64,000 nt of DNA. It comes from Halarcobacter sp. Its GTDB lineage: Bacteria; Campylobacterota; Campylobacteria; Campylobacterales; Arcobacteraceae. Below the pieces are notes generated by a model. The model worked only from the letters and a program-made list of their open reading frames with translations, had not been told where the DNA came from and ran no database searches. Numbering within the stretch: position 1 is the first letter of the stretch; each line of letters begins with the position of its first letter. Positions 1 through 8,631 of this stretch are shown piece by piece. Location of the stretch: positions 3,168,001 through 3,232,000 of the forward strand of contig CP182352.1 in assembly GCA_048571215.1 (NCBI GenBank), in the 5' to 3' direction. The position numbers and the translations under genes are program-made.

Positions 1-356
1 ATGATATGTTAGAGATCAACTCTTATCCTGGCTTTTTTGCCCAAATACTTACCCAATTAATTTCAAACTCTTTAGAGCATGCCTATAATGAATCAGATAA
101 AGCTATTATCACTTTTAGTGCAAGAATTGAAGGAAATATCTTTGTTTTAGAATATAGTGATGGTGGAAAGGGTATTTTACAAGAAAACTTATCCAAAATA
201 TTTGAACCTTTTTTTACAACAAATAGAAAAAATGGTTCAATAGGATTAGGTTTAAATATAGTTTATAATTTAGTTACAATAAATCTAAGTGGTAAGATTG
301 ATTGTAAAAGTGAAGAAAATAAAGGAACTACTTTTATAATAAAAATCCCACTTTAA
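1..356 (+). CDS. Sensor histidine kinase, C-terminal HATPase_c fragment (5' part outside window)
   Basis: N box (QLISNSLEHAY), G1 box (YSDGGKGI), F box (IFEPFFTT) and G2 box (GLGL) are present. The frame is open to the left edge, so the ATG at 6 is probably internal. Confidence 0.9.
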   Translation, partial: DMLEINSYPGFFAQILTQLISNSLEHAYNESDKAIITFSARIEGNIFVLEYSDGGKGILQENLSKIFEPFFTTNRKNGSIGLGLNIVYNLVTINLSGKIDCKSEENKGTTFIIKIPL

Positions 357-582
357 ATCTATAAATACTAATTATAATAATAAATTAATAATTTTTTTTT
401 AGTTTATAAATATTTTTCTAAGTTACAATAAATAACTTTTTTAGTATTTTACACTGATAGCAAGTATTTTCAAAGATAATAATATATTATGAGTTTAATT
501 GAAATATTATTTATTGATGGAATATAACTTGCATAAGCGTAAGCTGAGTTTGGTACTAATTTTTTGATATGGATGAAATTAA

Positions 583-1266
583 ATGAATGATTATGTAAAG
601 ATGTCAAATAATTTACGAATACTCTATGCTGATAATAATTTATATATTCGCAATGATATAACTAAAATTTTAAATATGTTTTTTAAAGAAGTAATAATTG
701 CAAGAGATGGAATAGAAGCATTAGAATATTTTAAAAAAGTTAAGATTGATATTGTATTAGCAGATTGCATTATTCCAATGGTAAGTGGAGAATGTTTTAT
801 AAGTGAGATTAGAAAAATAGATAAAGAGATACCTATTATAATTACAAGTTCAAATTTTGATAAGGAAAAACTTATCAAAGCGATAGACTTACAAGTTATA
901 AAATATATTGAAAAACCAGTAAACTTAGATTTATTGAAAGAAGCAATTAGTAAATCAATTGATAAATTACAATTATTAAATAGGTTACAAGTAGATTTGG
1001 GTGATAAAGTTCAATATGACTATATTAGAAAAGTGATAATTAATCCTAATAATTTAGAGATAAAATTAACTAAACAAGAGATTAGTTTATTGGAGCTTTT
1101 TATAAAAAATAAGACTAATATTGTATATAAACATATGATTATCGAAGATATATTTAATAGTCATGTAGAAGAGAATACAATTAGAAATCTTATATATAGA
1201 ATTAGAAAGAAATTATCTCCAAAAACAATTGAAACAGTTAAAGACTTGGGCTATAAGATGTCTTGA
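583..1266 (+). CDS. OmpR/PhoB-family response regulator
   Basis: Receiver domain (LADCIIP, IITSS, YIEKP) followed by a winged-helix output domain (LTKQEISLL...IRNLIYRIRKKL...IETVKDLGY). Alternative start is the ATG at 601. Confidence 0.9.
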   Translation: MNDYVKMSNNLRILYADNNLYIRNDITKILNMFFKEVIIARDGIEALEYFKKVKIDIVLADCIIPMVSGECFISEIRKIDKEIPIIITSSNFDKEKLIKAIDLQVIKYIEKPVNLDLLKEAISKSIDKLQLLNRLQVDLGDKVQYDYIRKVIINPNNLEIKLTKQEISLLELFIKNKTNIVYKHMIIEDIFNSHVEENTIRNLIYRIRKKLSPKTIETVKDLGYKMS

Positions 1267-1330
1267 TATTCCTATACTATGTAAAGGAATTCTTAGATAA
1301 GATAGATGTAAAAAATAAAAGAAGAATTGT

Positions 1331-2326
1331 ATGAAAATTTTTTCACTGCCTTTTAGTCCTTATTTATCATATTCTGAATATAAGCTAAACTATTTACCTT
1401 TTGTTTTAAAAAACAAAGAGTTTATTTATGATATATATTCAACAATTAGAATTACTCCCTTTGATACAGATGCAATGGGAGGACTTTTTGATAATGATGA
1501 ATTAATATATAAATCATTAGAGGTTCAGAAAGATACAGGAATACCAGTTAGTGCTACCTTTAATAACACAAAGGTAGTACCTACTTTGGATAACTTAAAA
1601 AAATTCATTTATCACTTCACTCCTTTATATGAGGTGGGGATAAGAAGTATAACTATGCCTATTTTTCATTGGATGATGACTAAAGAGATTCAAGATGCTT
1701 TTCCTAAACTTAATATTAAAAATACAATTATTAGTGAAGTTAGTAGTAGTAAAAACTTTTGGGATATGGCTAAAGTTGGTTATGATGTAGTTAACATTGA
1801 TAGAAATTTAATTAGAGACTTTCATACATTAAAAGAGATTAAAAAAGCACAAAAGAGTTTCTTTGATCGTTATAATAAATATGTAAAGATTCAAATACTT
1901 GTAAATGAACAATGTACAGGATTTTGTCCAATTCGTAATGAACATTATGCTATAAATTTTTCAGGTGAACATTATTTTGGAAATGAGATTTCAAAATATT
2001 CATGTACTAGTTGGGAAAAAGAAGATTTACATTATGATTTTAGAAGGGCAGTATCTTCACCATTTAGAGAAGATATCGATGATTTATTAAAGTATGTTGA
2101 TCTTTTTAAAATGTTTGGTAGAGATGGAAAAACAATGCTAAAAGGTTCTATGTTGTATATTGATGATTTTGTAGCAAATAAATCAATTGTTCCTGCTTTT
2201 GGGAAAGCTATACAAATAAAAGAAGAAGATTTTCCTAAATATGATAAGTGGAGAAAAGTTATTAAAACATGTAAATTTCAATGTTGGGATTGTAAAGTAT
2301 GTGATGAATTGGAGCCTTTAGTTTGA
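1331..2326 (+). CDS. Peptidase U32-like, probable Fe-S protein
   Basis: NIDRNLIRD and ILVNEQCTGFCP..HY..SC pattern typical of U32-like proteins, plus a C-terminal CKFQCWDCKVC cluster. Confidence 0.65.
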   Translation: MKIFSLPFSPYLSYSEYKLNYLPFVLKNKEFIYDIYSTIRITPFDTDAMGGLFDNDELIYKSLEVQKDTGIPVSATFNNTKVVPTLDNLKKFIYHFTPLYEVGIRSITMPIFHWMMTKEIQDAFPKLNIKNTIISEVSSSKNFWDMAKVGYDVVNIDRNLIRDFHTLKEIKKAQKSFFDRYNKYVKIQILVNEQCTGFCPIRNEHYAINFSGEHYFGNEISKYSCTSWEKEDLHYDFRRAVSSPFREDIDDLLKYVDLFKMFGRDGKTMLKGSMLYIDDFVANKSIVPAFGKAIQIKEEDFPKYDKWRKVIKTCKFQCWDCKVCDELEPLV

Positions 2327-3411
2327 GAGAAGAGATATTTAATATTGATATGCATATAAAAAATTGTGAGTATTTAAAAACTATATTTAATGATAATGAG
2401 GTTTCTATAGAGAAAATTGATGATGGGATGTTAAATAATATTTATAAAATTTTTTCATCTAGTAAATGTGTAATTATCAAGCAATATCCCGATTATATAA
2501 TTAGAGATGACAAAAAGATTAAATTACCTTTAAATAGAGTAAATTTAGAATATTCTGCAATTAAAAAATTTAAAGAAAATACACCAAGAAATATCCTAAA
2601 AGTTCTATTTTTTGATGAAAAAAACTCTTTAATAATTTTACAGTATTTAGAAAACTATCTAACCTTAGAGTATCTAATACATAATTTTATTGCTTTTGAT
2701 AATATAAGCTTTAGACTAAGTGATTCAATAGCTCGTAATCTTGTTTTTAATTCCTTTAAGTTTTCACAAGATAAAAAAGAGTTTTATAATAAGTTTATTA
2801 ATTTGGATATGAAAAATTATTTACTGAATACCCTATTTTTTATTAATCCTTCAATAGTTGAGAAAAATAAAAAAATAAAAAAAAATCTAGATGAATTAGA
2901 ATATAAATTTATTAATAAAAATGAGACTTTATTACATGGAAATTTAAAAACTAGTTCAATTATGATTAGAAAAGAAAACTTCTTTCTAATTGATTTTGAT
3001 GCTTGCTTTTTAGGACCTTATGGTTTTGAATTATCTTATCTAATAGCATCATTTATAAAAGAGTATATATATTGTAAAAATATAATAAATAACTATGAAT
3101 ACGCAAAGTATTTATTAATTGAGTTCTCTAATATTATTGTAAAATTTGAAAAGAATTTTTCTAAGTATTATTTTGAAAAGAGTAAAAATAATTTAGATAT
3201 AAAAGAGATAATGAGTGATAGTTTTGCATATGGTTCTTTACAATTACTACAAACTGTAACAAAATTACATGTTTTAAATAAAGAAGTTCTTAAAGAAAAT
3301 GAACAAAATGAGTTATTAGAATTCACTAAACATATAAATAAAGTATCATTATTTATTTTAGAAAATTATAAAGATATAAAAAGAATAGAGGATCTATTAG
3401 TAATATTGTAA
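2323..3411 (+). CDS. APH/methylthioribose-kinase-like phosphotransferase, catalytic Asp replaced (HGN)
   Basis: DGMLNNIYKI, VIIKQ, LLHGNLK, LIDFD, GPYGFEL motifs. TTG start overlaps the upstream stop by 4 bp. Confidence 0.7.
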   Translation: MREEIFNIDMHIKNCEYLKTIFNDNEVSIEKIDDGMLNNIYKIFSSSKCVIIKQYPDYIIRDDKKIKLPLNRVNLEYSAIKKFKENTPRNILKVLFFDEKNSLIILQYLENYLTLEYLIHNFIAFDNISFRLSDSIARNLVFNSFKFSQDKKEFYNKFINLDMKNYLLNTLFFINPSIVEKNKKIKKNLDELEYKFINKNETLLHGNLKTSSIMIRKENFFLIDFDACFLGPYGFELSYLIASFIKEYIYCKNIINNYEYAKYLLIEFSNIIVKFEKNFSKYYFEKSKNNLDIKEIMSDSFAYGSLQLLQTVTKLHVLNKEVLKENEQNELLEFTKHINKVSLFILENYKDIKRIEDLLVIL

Positions 3412-4542
3412 GTGAGTTTTTAATACTTTTACAGCTTGTTCTATAGAATTGAAACTTTTGTGATTGTTTACAAAAGTTTTAGCGATTAAACCCATTTTTG
3501 TATAGTAGATATCTTCGTTTTCTTTTTTTATATTATTACTATTAAAAGGGACTACATGTGGTATCATCATAGATAGCATTTGTACACCCATAAATCCAAT
3601 CATATCTTTTAATAACATATCATAATATTTAGTGTCTATCTTTTTATTTAGGGAAATTTTTTCTTTAAATTTATACCAAATATCTTCAATAACAAATAAT
3701 AACCAAGAGATATACTCTTTGTCACATCTTGCTAAATCATAATTAATAGTTAAAGCCACAAATACATAAATAATTGAGCTTAAATCGTATGATATAGGTC
3801 CAAAGTTTGAAAATTCATAATCAATTATAGAGATATCATCTTCATTTAAAAGTATAGAAGCTCCTTTTAAATCACCATGTAGTAAACAATCATTTTGTGA
3901 AATAAATTTATTTTTTAAACCTTCTATATTTTTAAATAATAAACTATTTTGTGAATCTAAATCTAAAAAAAGTGCATTTGTTTTTTTGTTTGAATTTGTT
4001 AGTTTTGTGTATCTATCTATTAAATCTGTAAAGATAAATTGTACACTTAAGTCTTCCATATGTTTATTGGCTTGAAAGGTATTTAGTAGTTTTTCCCTTT
4101 CTTCTGCATTTGTTCCAAAAGTAGAAGTTTTTAAAAAATTCGCACTTAAAAAATCACTTATTTGTTCTGAAAAGTTTTTATTGATTATTCCTCTTTGTAA
4201 AAATTGATTTAGAGATATTTTATTTTTAATATATTCAATTACTATTAAATTCTCTTTTTCATCAAAAAAATACAAGTTTGGTACAAAGTTTTGATTGCAA
4301 CTTTTAAAGAACTTTAATGCTTTTGCTTCATATAGAATTCTATTCACATTTAAAGGGTGTTTAGGTCCATATTGTTTAAAATATGGCAAAGCTCTTTTTA
4401 GAATAATTTGAATATCTTTTTTTTTATTTTCAAGTAGAAAAACCTCATTTATACCATTTGTCAAATCTTTGATGTAAATCTCTTCAAATTTAAAAAATCG
4501 CTTTAAATAGTCACTACTTTCTATATATTCCTCTATATCCAA
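3397..4542 (-). CDS. APH/methylthioribose-kinase-like phosphotransferase
   Basis: NGINEVF, ILKRALPY, RILYEA, LLHGDLK, IIDYEF..FGP..YD motifs. TTG start with AAGGA RBS, 10 bp after the secA-like stop. Confidence 0.75.
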   Translation of the reverse strand: MDIEEYIESSDYLKRFFKFEEIYIKDLTNGINEVFLLENKKKDIQIILKRALPYFKQYGPKHPLNVNRILYEAKALKFFKSCNQNFVPNLYFFDEKENLIVIEYIKNKISLNQFLQRGIINKNFSEQISDFLSANFLKTSTFGTNAEEREKLLNTFQANKHMEDLSVQFIFTDLIDRYTKLTNSNKKTNALFLDLDSQNSLLFKNIEGLKNKFISQNDCLLHGDLKGASILLNEDDISIIDYEFSNFGPISYDLSSIIYVFVALTINYDLARCDKEYISWLLFVIEDIWYKFKEKISLNKKIDTKYYDMLLKDMIGFMGVQMLSMMIPHVVPFNSNNIKKENEDIYYTKMGLIAKTFVNNHKSFNSIEQAVKVLKTHLQYY

Positions 4543-4552
4543 ATTATTCCTT

Positions 4553-6475
4553 TTATTTATTTTTTGTAAAAGTTAGATTATTTAAAAAATCTTGTTCATT
4601 TATTAGGTTTAATATCCTTTTTTTTGAACTAATCTTTTCAACATATTGTTGCATAAAAATATATATATTAATAATCAATTTTTTTCCAAAAGGTAAAGAT
4701 AAAATTTTTCCTAGGTGTGGATGGATAAAAGAAGGCATATATTTTTGTAAAAGTTCATCTTCGACACTTAAAAAAGTTTTTACACTCCCTTTTTGACCTT
4801 GTCTTCCTGCTCGTCCAAATAGTTGTAAATCAACTCTTCTTGACTCATTTCTTTCAGTTACAATTACATGGAGCCCACCTAAGGAGTTACTATTATTTAA
4901 TAAGATTATATCTGTACCTCTACCTGCCATATTTGTAGCAATAGTTATGCTACCTTCTTCGCCTGCTTTTTCTATGATTTGAGCTTCTATTTCATGATTT
5001 AATGCATGTAAAACTGTACAGCTTAAACCTAAATTTTTAATTTTTCTTTCTAAAAGGTTTGCTTCTAAAATTGTTCTTGCTCCCACTAAAATTGGTCTTT
5101 TAAATGAGTGAATATATTCTATTTCTTTTGCAACTAAATCCCATTTTTCTTTTTTTGTAAAGGTGATTTCATCTTTATATATTTGAATTTGCTTTGAAAC
5201 TCTTAATGGGATTTTTACTATTGTTAAGTAATAAATCTGCCATAACTCTTTTTCAATATTTTGTAATGTACCACTCATTCCACAAATTCTTTTGTACAAT
5301 CTAAAAAACCTTTGAAAACTCATTTTGATATTTGTTTTTGTAGGTTTTGTAAGTGGAATTCCCTCTTTTGCTTCTACAGCTTGATGTAAACCACCACTCC
5401 AAGAACGACTATTCATAAGTCTTCCTGTTTTTTCATCAACTATTACAATTTTATCATCAACTATTACATACTGCTTGTTTAAATGGTAAAACTCTTTTGC
5501 TAAGATGGCTTGTTTCATAATATATTTTAATCTATAATCAACTCTCCAGGCTAAAGGGAAACTCTCTTTATATTTTTTTATTAAGTCAAATCCTGATTCA
5601 TTTATCTCCACACTATTGTATATTTTATTTATTTCATAATGTTCATTTATCTCTAATCTATCTAAAACTTTTTTTGCTTCTATAGAAGCATCTAAAAGCT
5701 CTTTATCTTCTGTTTGTATTGATATAATAAGAGGAGTTATAGCTTCATCAGCTAATACACTATCAGCTTCGTCAATGATAACTGTGTGTAAGGGTCTTAA
5801 TGTTCTTTGTACAGCTTTATCTTGTAGTTCGTACAATAATTCTTTAGAAGAGCCAAATTCATAATCTACTTTCATCTTATCTCTTAGGTAATCAGCTAAT
5901 ATATCATTGCTTGTTGCATATACTACATCTTTTTGGTAATGTAAAACTCTTTGTTCGTTTTCCATATCATTAGTGATATATCCAACCTCTACAAAGCACC
6001 TATTGTATAAAGGAGCTAGTAGTTGAGCATCTCTTGATGCTAAGTAATCATTTGAGGTTATTATATGGCAAGGTTCTCCCCTCCATGATAAAGCAATTGT
6101 AGCTATACATGCAGTGATTGTTTTACCTTCTCCTGTTGCCATCTCTATTATGTATCCATTATACATAGCAAGAGCACCCATTATTTGTACAGGGTAGGGT
6201 CTTTTTTGTATTTCTCTAAAGGAGGTCTCACTTATTAGGGCAAATGTTAATTTTAACTCCTCAAAGTTATCTTTTCTTAATAAAAATTTATCTTTTTGGT
6301 TTCTTAATTTTGATTCTAACTCTTCATCACTAACATCTTTAAATGTTAAAGATAGTGAATATATCTCTTGGGCCTGCTTTTTTATTTTTTTATAATTAAA
6401 AAATTTTCTTCTAAAAAAGCCTTTTATATTGTGAATGAATGAATCAGCATCTTTATATAATTTATTATTTTCCAT
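4553..6475 (-). CDS. secA: Short accessory SecA-like ATPase (640 aa)
   Basis: EMATGEGKT (Walker A), IIDEADSVL, GLHQAVEAKE, ATNMAGRGTDI, ESRRVDLQLFGRAGRQG. The protein ends shortly after the second motor domain, so the wing and C-terminal zinc-binding regions of housekeeping SecA are absent. Confidence 0.9.
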   Translation of the reverse strand: MENNKLYKDADSFIHNIKGFFRRKFFNYKKIKKQAQEIYSLSLTFKDVSDEELESKLRNQKDKFLLRKDNFEELKLTFALISETSFREIQKRPYPVQIMGALAMYNGYIIEMATGEGKTITACIATIALSWRGEPCHIITSNDYLASRDAQLLAPLYNRCFVEVGYITNDMENEQRVLHYQKDVVYATSNDILADYLRDKMKVDYEFGSSKELLYELQDKAVQRTLRPLHTVIIDEADSVLADEAITPLIISIQTEDKELLDASIEAKKVLDRLEINEHYEINKIYNSVEINESGFDLIKKYKESFPLAWRVDYRLKYIMKQAILAKEFYHLNKQYVIVDDKIVIVDEKTGRLMNSRSWSGGLHQAVEAKEGIPLTKPTKTNIKMSFQRFFRLYKRICGMSGTLQNIEKELWQIYYLTIVKIPLRVSKQIQIYKDEITFTKKEKWDLVAKEIEYIHSFKRPILVGARTILEANLLERKIKNLGLSCTVLHALNHEIEAQIIEKAGEEGSITIATNMAGRGTDIILLNNSNSLGGLHVIVTERNESRRVDLQLFGRAGRQGQKGSVKTFLSVEDELLQKYMPSFIHPHLGKILSLPFGKKLIINIYIFMQQYVEKISSKKRILNLINEQDFLNNLTFTKNK

Positions 6476-8628
6476 TACAATTGATATCTTTTTTGTAATA
6501 ATTGTCTAACAAATTTAACAGTTTGCGCAAATATGGTTTTTGGAGTTGTTTCTATTCTTAAGACTCCTGACCTATCTTCATATAATAGAGGATTCTTTTT
6601 ATCTCTTTTTATTTTTGCAATAACTTTAAAAAATGATTCTTTTGACTTTGTTCCTTTTTCATCATTTTCTAATATAGGAATATCTCCTCCTCCTCTAAAT
6701 CCTAGAACAGCAGAAGGAAGAGTATTTTGCTCATGGGGAATAACAGTTAAGTTTTCAACACTTATAGTTTTTGCTGCAATTCCTGTAAGTTTTATTTCAG
6801 ATGTAAAAAGCTCTGAGTTAAAAAGTTCAGATGCTTTTTCTTGAGGTACTGCTGCAATAAATTGTGCATTGTCATTATCAATAATTTTCCCGATATATTC
6901 TCTTCTTTTAATAATCCTATTTTTTAGTTTTTCAATATTATTACTAACAAATAAACCATCTTTTGGGGCTTTTATTATTAGGTTTTCTTTTTTCTCTTTT
7001 AAAAATTTTAATTTTTCGTCAAGCAATACTAATCTTTTTTCTATTGGTTTTAGATTGGCTATATTTTCTTGAGATGCTTTTAGTCTTAAAGCTTTTGTTT
7101 CAATTATCATAGCCCTTGTTCGCTCTAAGTCAAAATTTAGTGATTCGTTTTCTAGTTTTAGAATCAAGTCCCCTTTTTTAACTTTTTTAACATTATCTAT
7201 GTATATTTCAGTAACTAAACCATCACTAAAAGAGTATATATTAAGTAAACTAATTGGTTGTACTATTCCACTTGCTCTTATAGAATCTTTTATTGGTATA
7301 AACCCAATTAAAATTATTAAACTCAATGTAAAAAGTAAAGAGATTGTTACTGCATTAAATCTTTTTCCTCTCAATTCATTATCATGCAGTAGATACTTTA
7401 TAAAAGAATAAAGGGGCTTTATTATCCATATAAAAATTGATATTGATATAACAATTAGACCAAATAAAAACCATTGATCTGCAACAAATATAGCAATTAA
7501 AATCGCAACCATAAATTTATATATTAAACTTAAAATAGCATATAATGCTAGCCAAAAACTCTCTTTTTTGGAGTTAGTTGGGGGATATATATCTTTTAAT
7601 TTAAACAAATATTTTTTAACCCAAAAGAAACATTGTTCTCTTGCTCTTTGATAAAGATTTGGTATTTCTAATAAATCAGATAATATATAATAAGAATCGA
7701 ATTTCAATAGGGGATTACCATTAAAAACTAAACTTGAGACGGAACCTATAATCATTATATTAAATGCTATTGAATTTAAAGCACCTTCTCCTGTATTTAC
7801 CCAGATGATTACACAAATAAAAGCTATAAAAAGCTCAACCATCATCCCAGCAGCACCAACTAATGCTCTTTTATATTTATTTGTAAAAGCCCAGCTACTA
7901 CTTGCATCCATAAAGGGTAGGGGAGTAAATACTATAAACATAAGACCCACTGTTGTTACATTGCCTCCAAACTTTTTGACCATCATTACATGGCCTAATT
8001 CATGAAATACTTTTAATATCACTAAAGAAATATATAAAAATACGATATTATCAGCTGCAAGTACCCCTTGGGTTTGGTCAAAAAAACTATCAAAATTTTC
8101 TGCAATCAATTTTAAAGCATATATGAAAAAAACAAGCCAAATAAGTAAAAGAGTTTTACTGAAAAAAACATCAATAAATGGTTTAATTCTTATTAGCCAA
8201 TCATTAGGATTCCATAAAGGGATTTTAATAAATAAAAAACTAGCTAGTTTACCTCTAATCTCTTTATTTTTATTTTTAACAATTCTGTCAAACATATTTT
8301 CACTATCTGCTCTATGTTTAAAATATAAAAGGTTATTGCCATGTAGTTGAGATAATAAGTTTACTATTTCATCTTGTGTAGGAGCGATGTCAGGATTTGT
8401 TTTAATATATTCCTCCCATATATCTTCAACTGTTTTTTTTGTAGTTAATTTTGATAAAAACTTATAAGCTTCGGGAGTAACTTTAAAGAATTTATTACTG
8501 TACTTATCATTTAAAACATACCATGTCGTTCCTCTATAATATTGCTTATGTATGTTTATACTATAAAGTAAAGATACTTTTAATTCAGAGACAACATGCC
8601 ATGATTCACTATAAAGAGTTTCCTTCAT
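6475..8628 (-). CDS. Site-2 (M50) membrane metallopeptidase fused to an N-terminal PqqD/RRE-like domain and a C-terminal HlyD-like adaptor
   Basis: FHELGH (nt 7990-8004), NGNPLLKFDSY, several hydrophobic helices, and a C-terminal lipoyl-like/coiled-coil part (VKKGDLILKLEN...IKAPKDG). TAATG stop/start overlap with the secA-like gene. Confidence 0.8.
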   Translation of the reverse strand: MKETLYSESWHVVSELKVSLLYSINIHKQYYRGTTWYVLNDKYSNKFFKVTPEAYKFLSKLTTKKTVEDIWEEYIKTNPDIAPTQDEIVNLLSQLHGNNLLYFKHRADSENMFDRIVKNKNKEIRGKLASFLFIKIPLWNPNDWLIRIKPFIDVFFSKTLLLIWLVFFIYALKLIAENFDSFFDQTQGVLAADNIVFLYISLVILKVFHELGHVMMVKKFGGNVTTVGLMFIVFTPLPFMDASSSWAFTNKYKRALVGAAGMMVELFIAFICVIIWVNTGEGALNSIAFNIMIIGSVSSLVFNGNPLLKFDSYYILSDLLEIPNLYQRAREQCFFWVKKYLFKLKDIYPPTNSKKESFWLALYAILSLIYKFMVAILIAIFVADQWFLFGLIVISISIFIWIIKPLYSFIKYLLHDNELRGKRFNAVTISLLFTLSLIILIGFIPIKDSIRASGIVQPISLLNIYSFSDGLVTEIYIDNVKKVKKGDLILKLENESLNFDLERTRAMIIETKALRLKASQENIANLKPIEKRLVLLDEKLKFLKEKKENLIIKAPKDGLFVSNNIEKLKNRIIKRREYIGKIIDNDNAQFIAAVPQEKASELFNSELFTSEIKLTGIAAKTISVENLTVIPHEQNTLPSAVLGFRGGGDIPILENDEKGTKSKESFFKVIAKIKRDKKNPLLYEDRSGVLRIETTPKTIFAQTVKFVRQLLQKRYQL

Positions 8629-8631
8629 ATA

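Noticed and set aside
357..582. Possible operator or sRNA in the AT-rich intergenic region (gcataagcgtaagc)
   Set aside because: The repeat is short and imperfect, with no convincing structure above the AT-rich background.
583..800. Response regulator as a pseudo-receiver (acidic pocket reads ADNN)
   Set aside because: The phospho-acceptor Asp, the Thr/Ser and the Lys are retained, so the evidence for inactivity is too weak.
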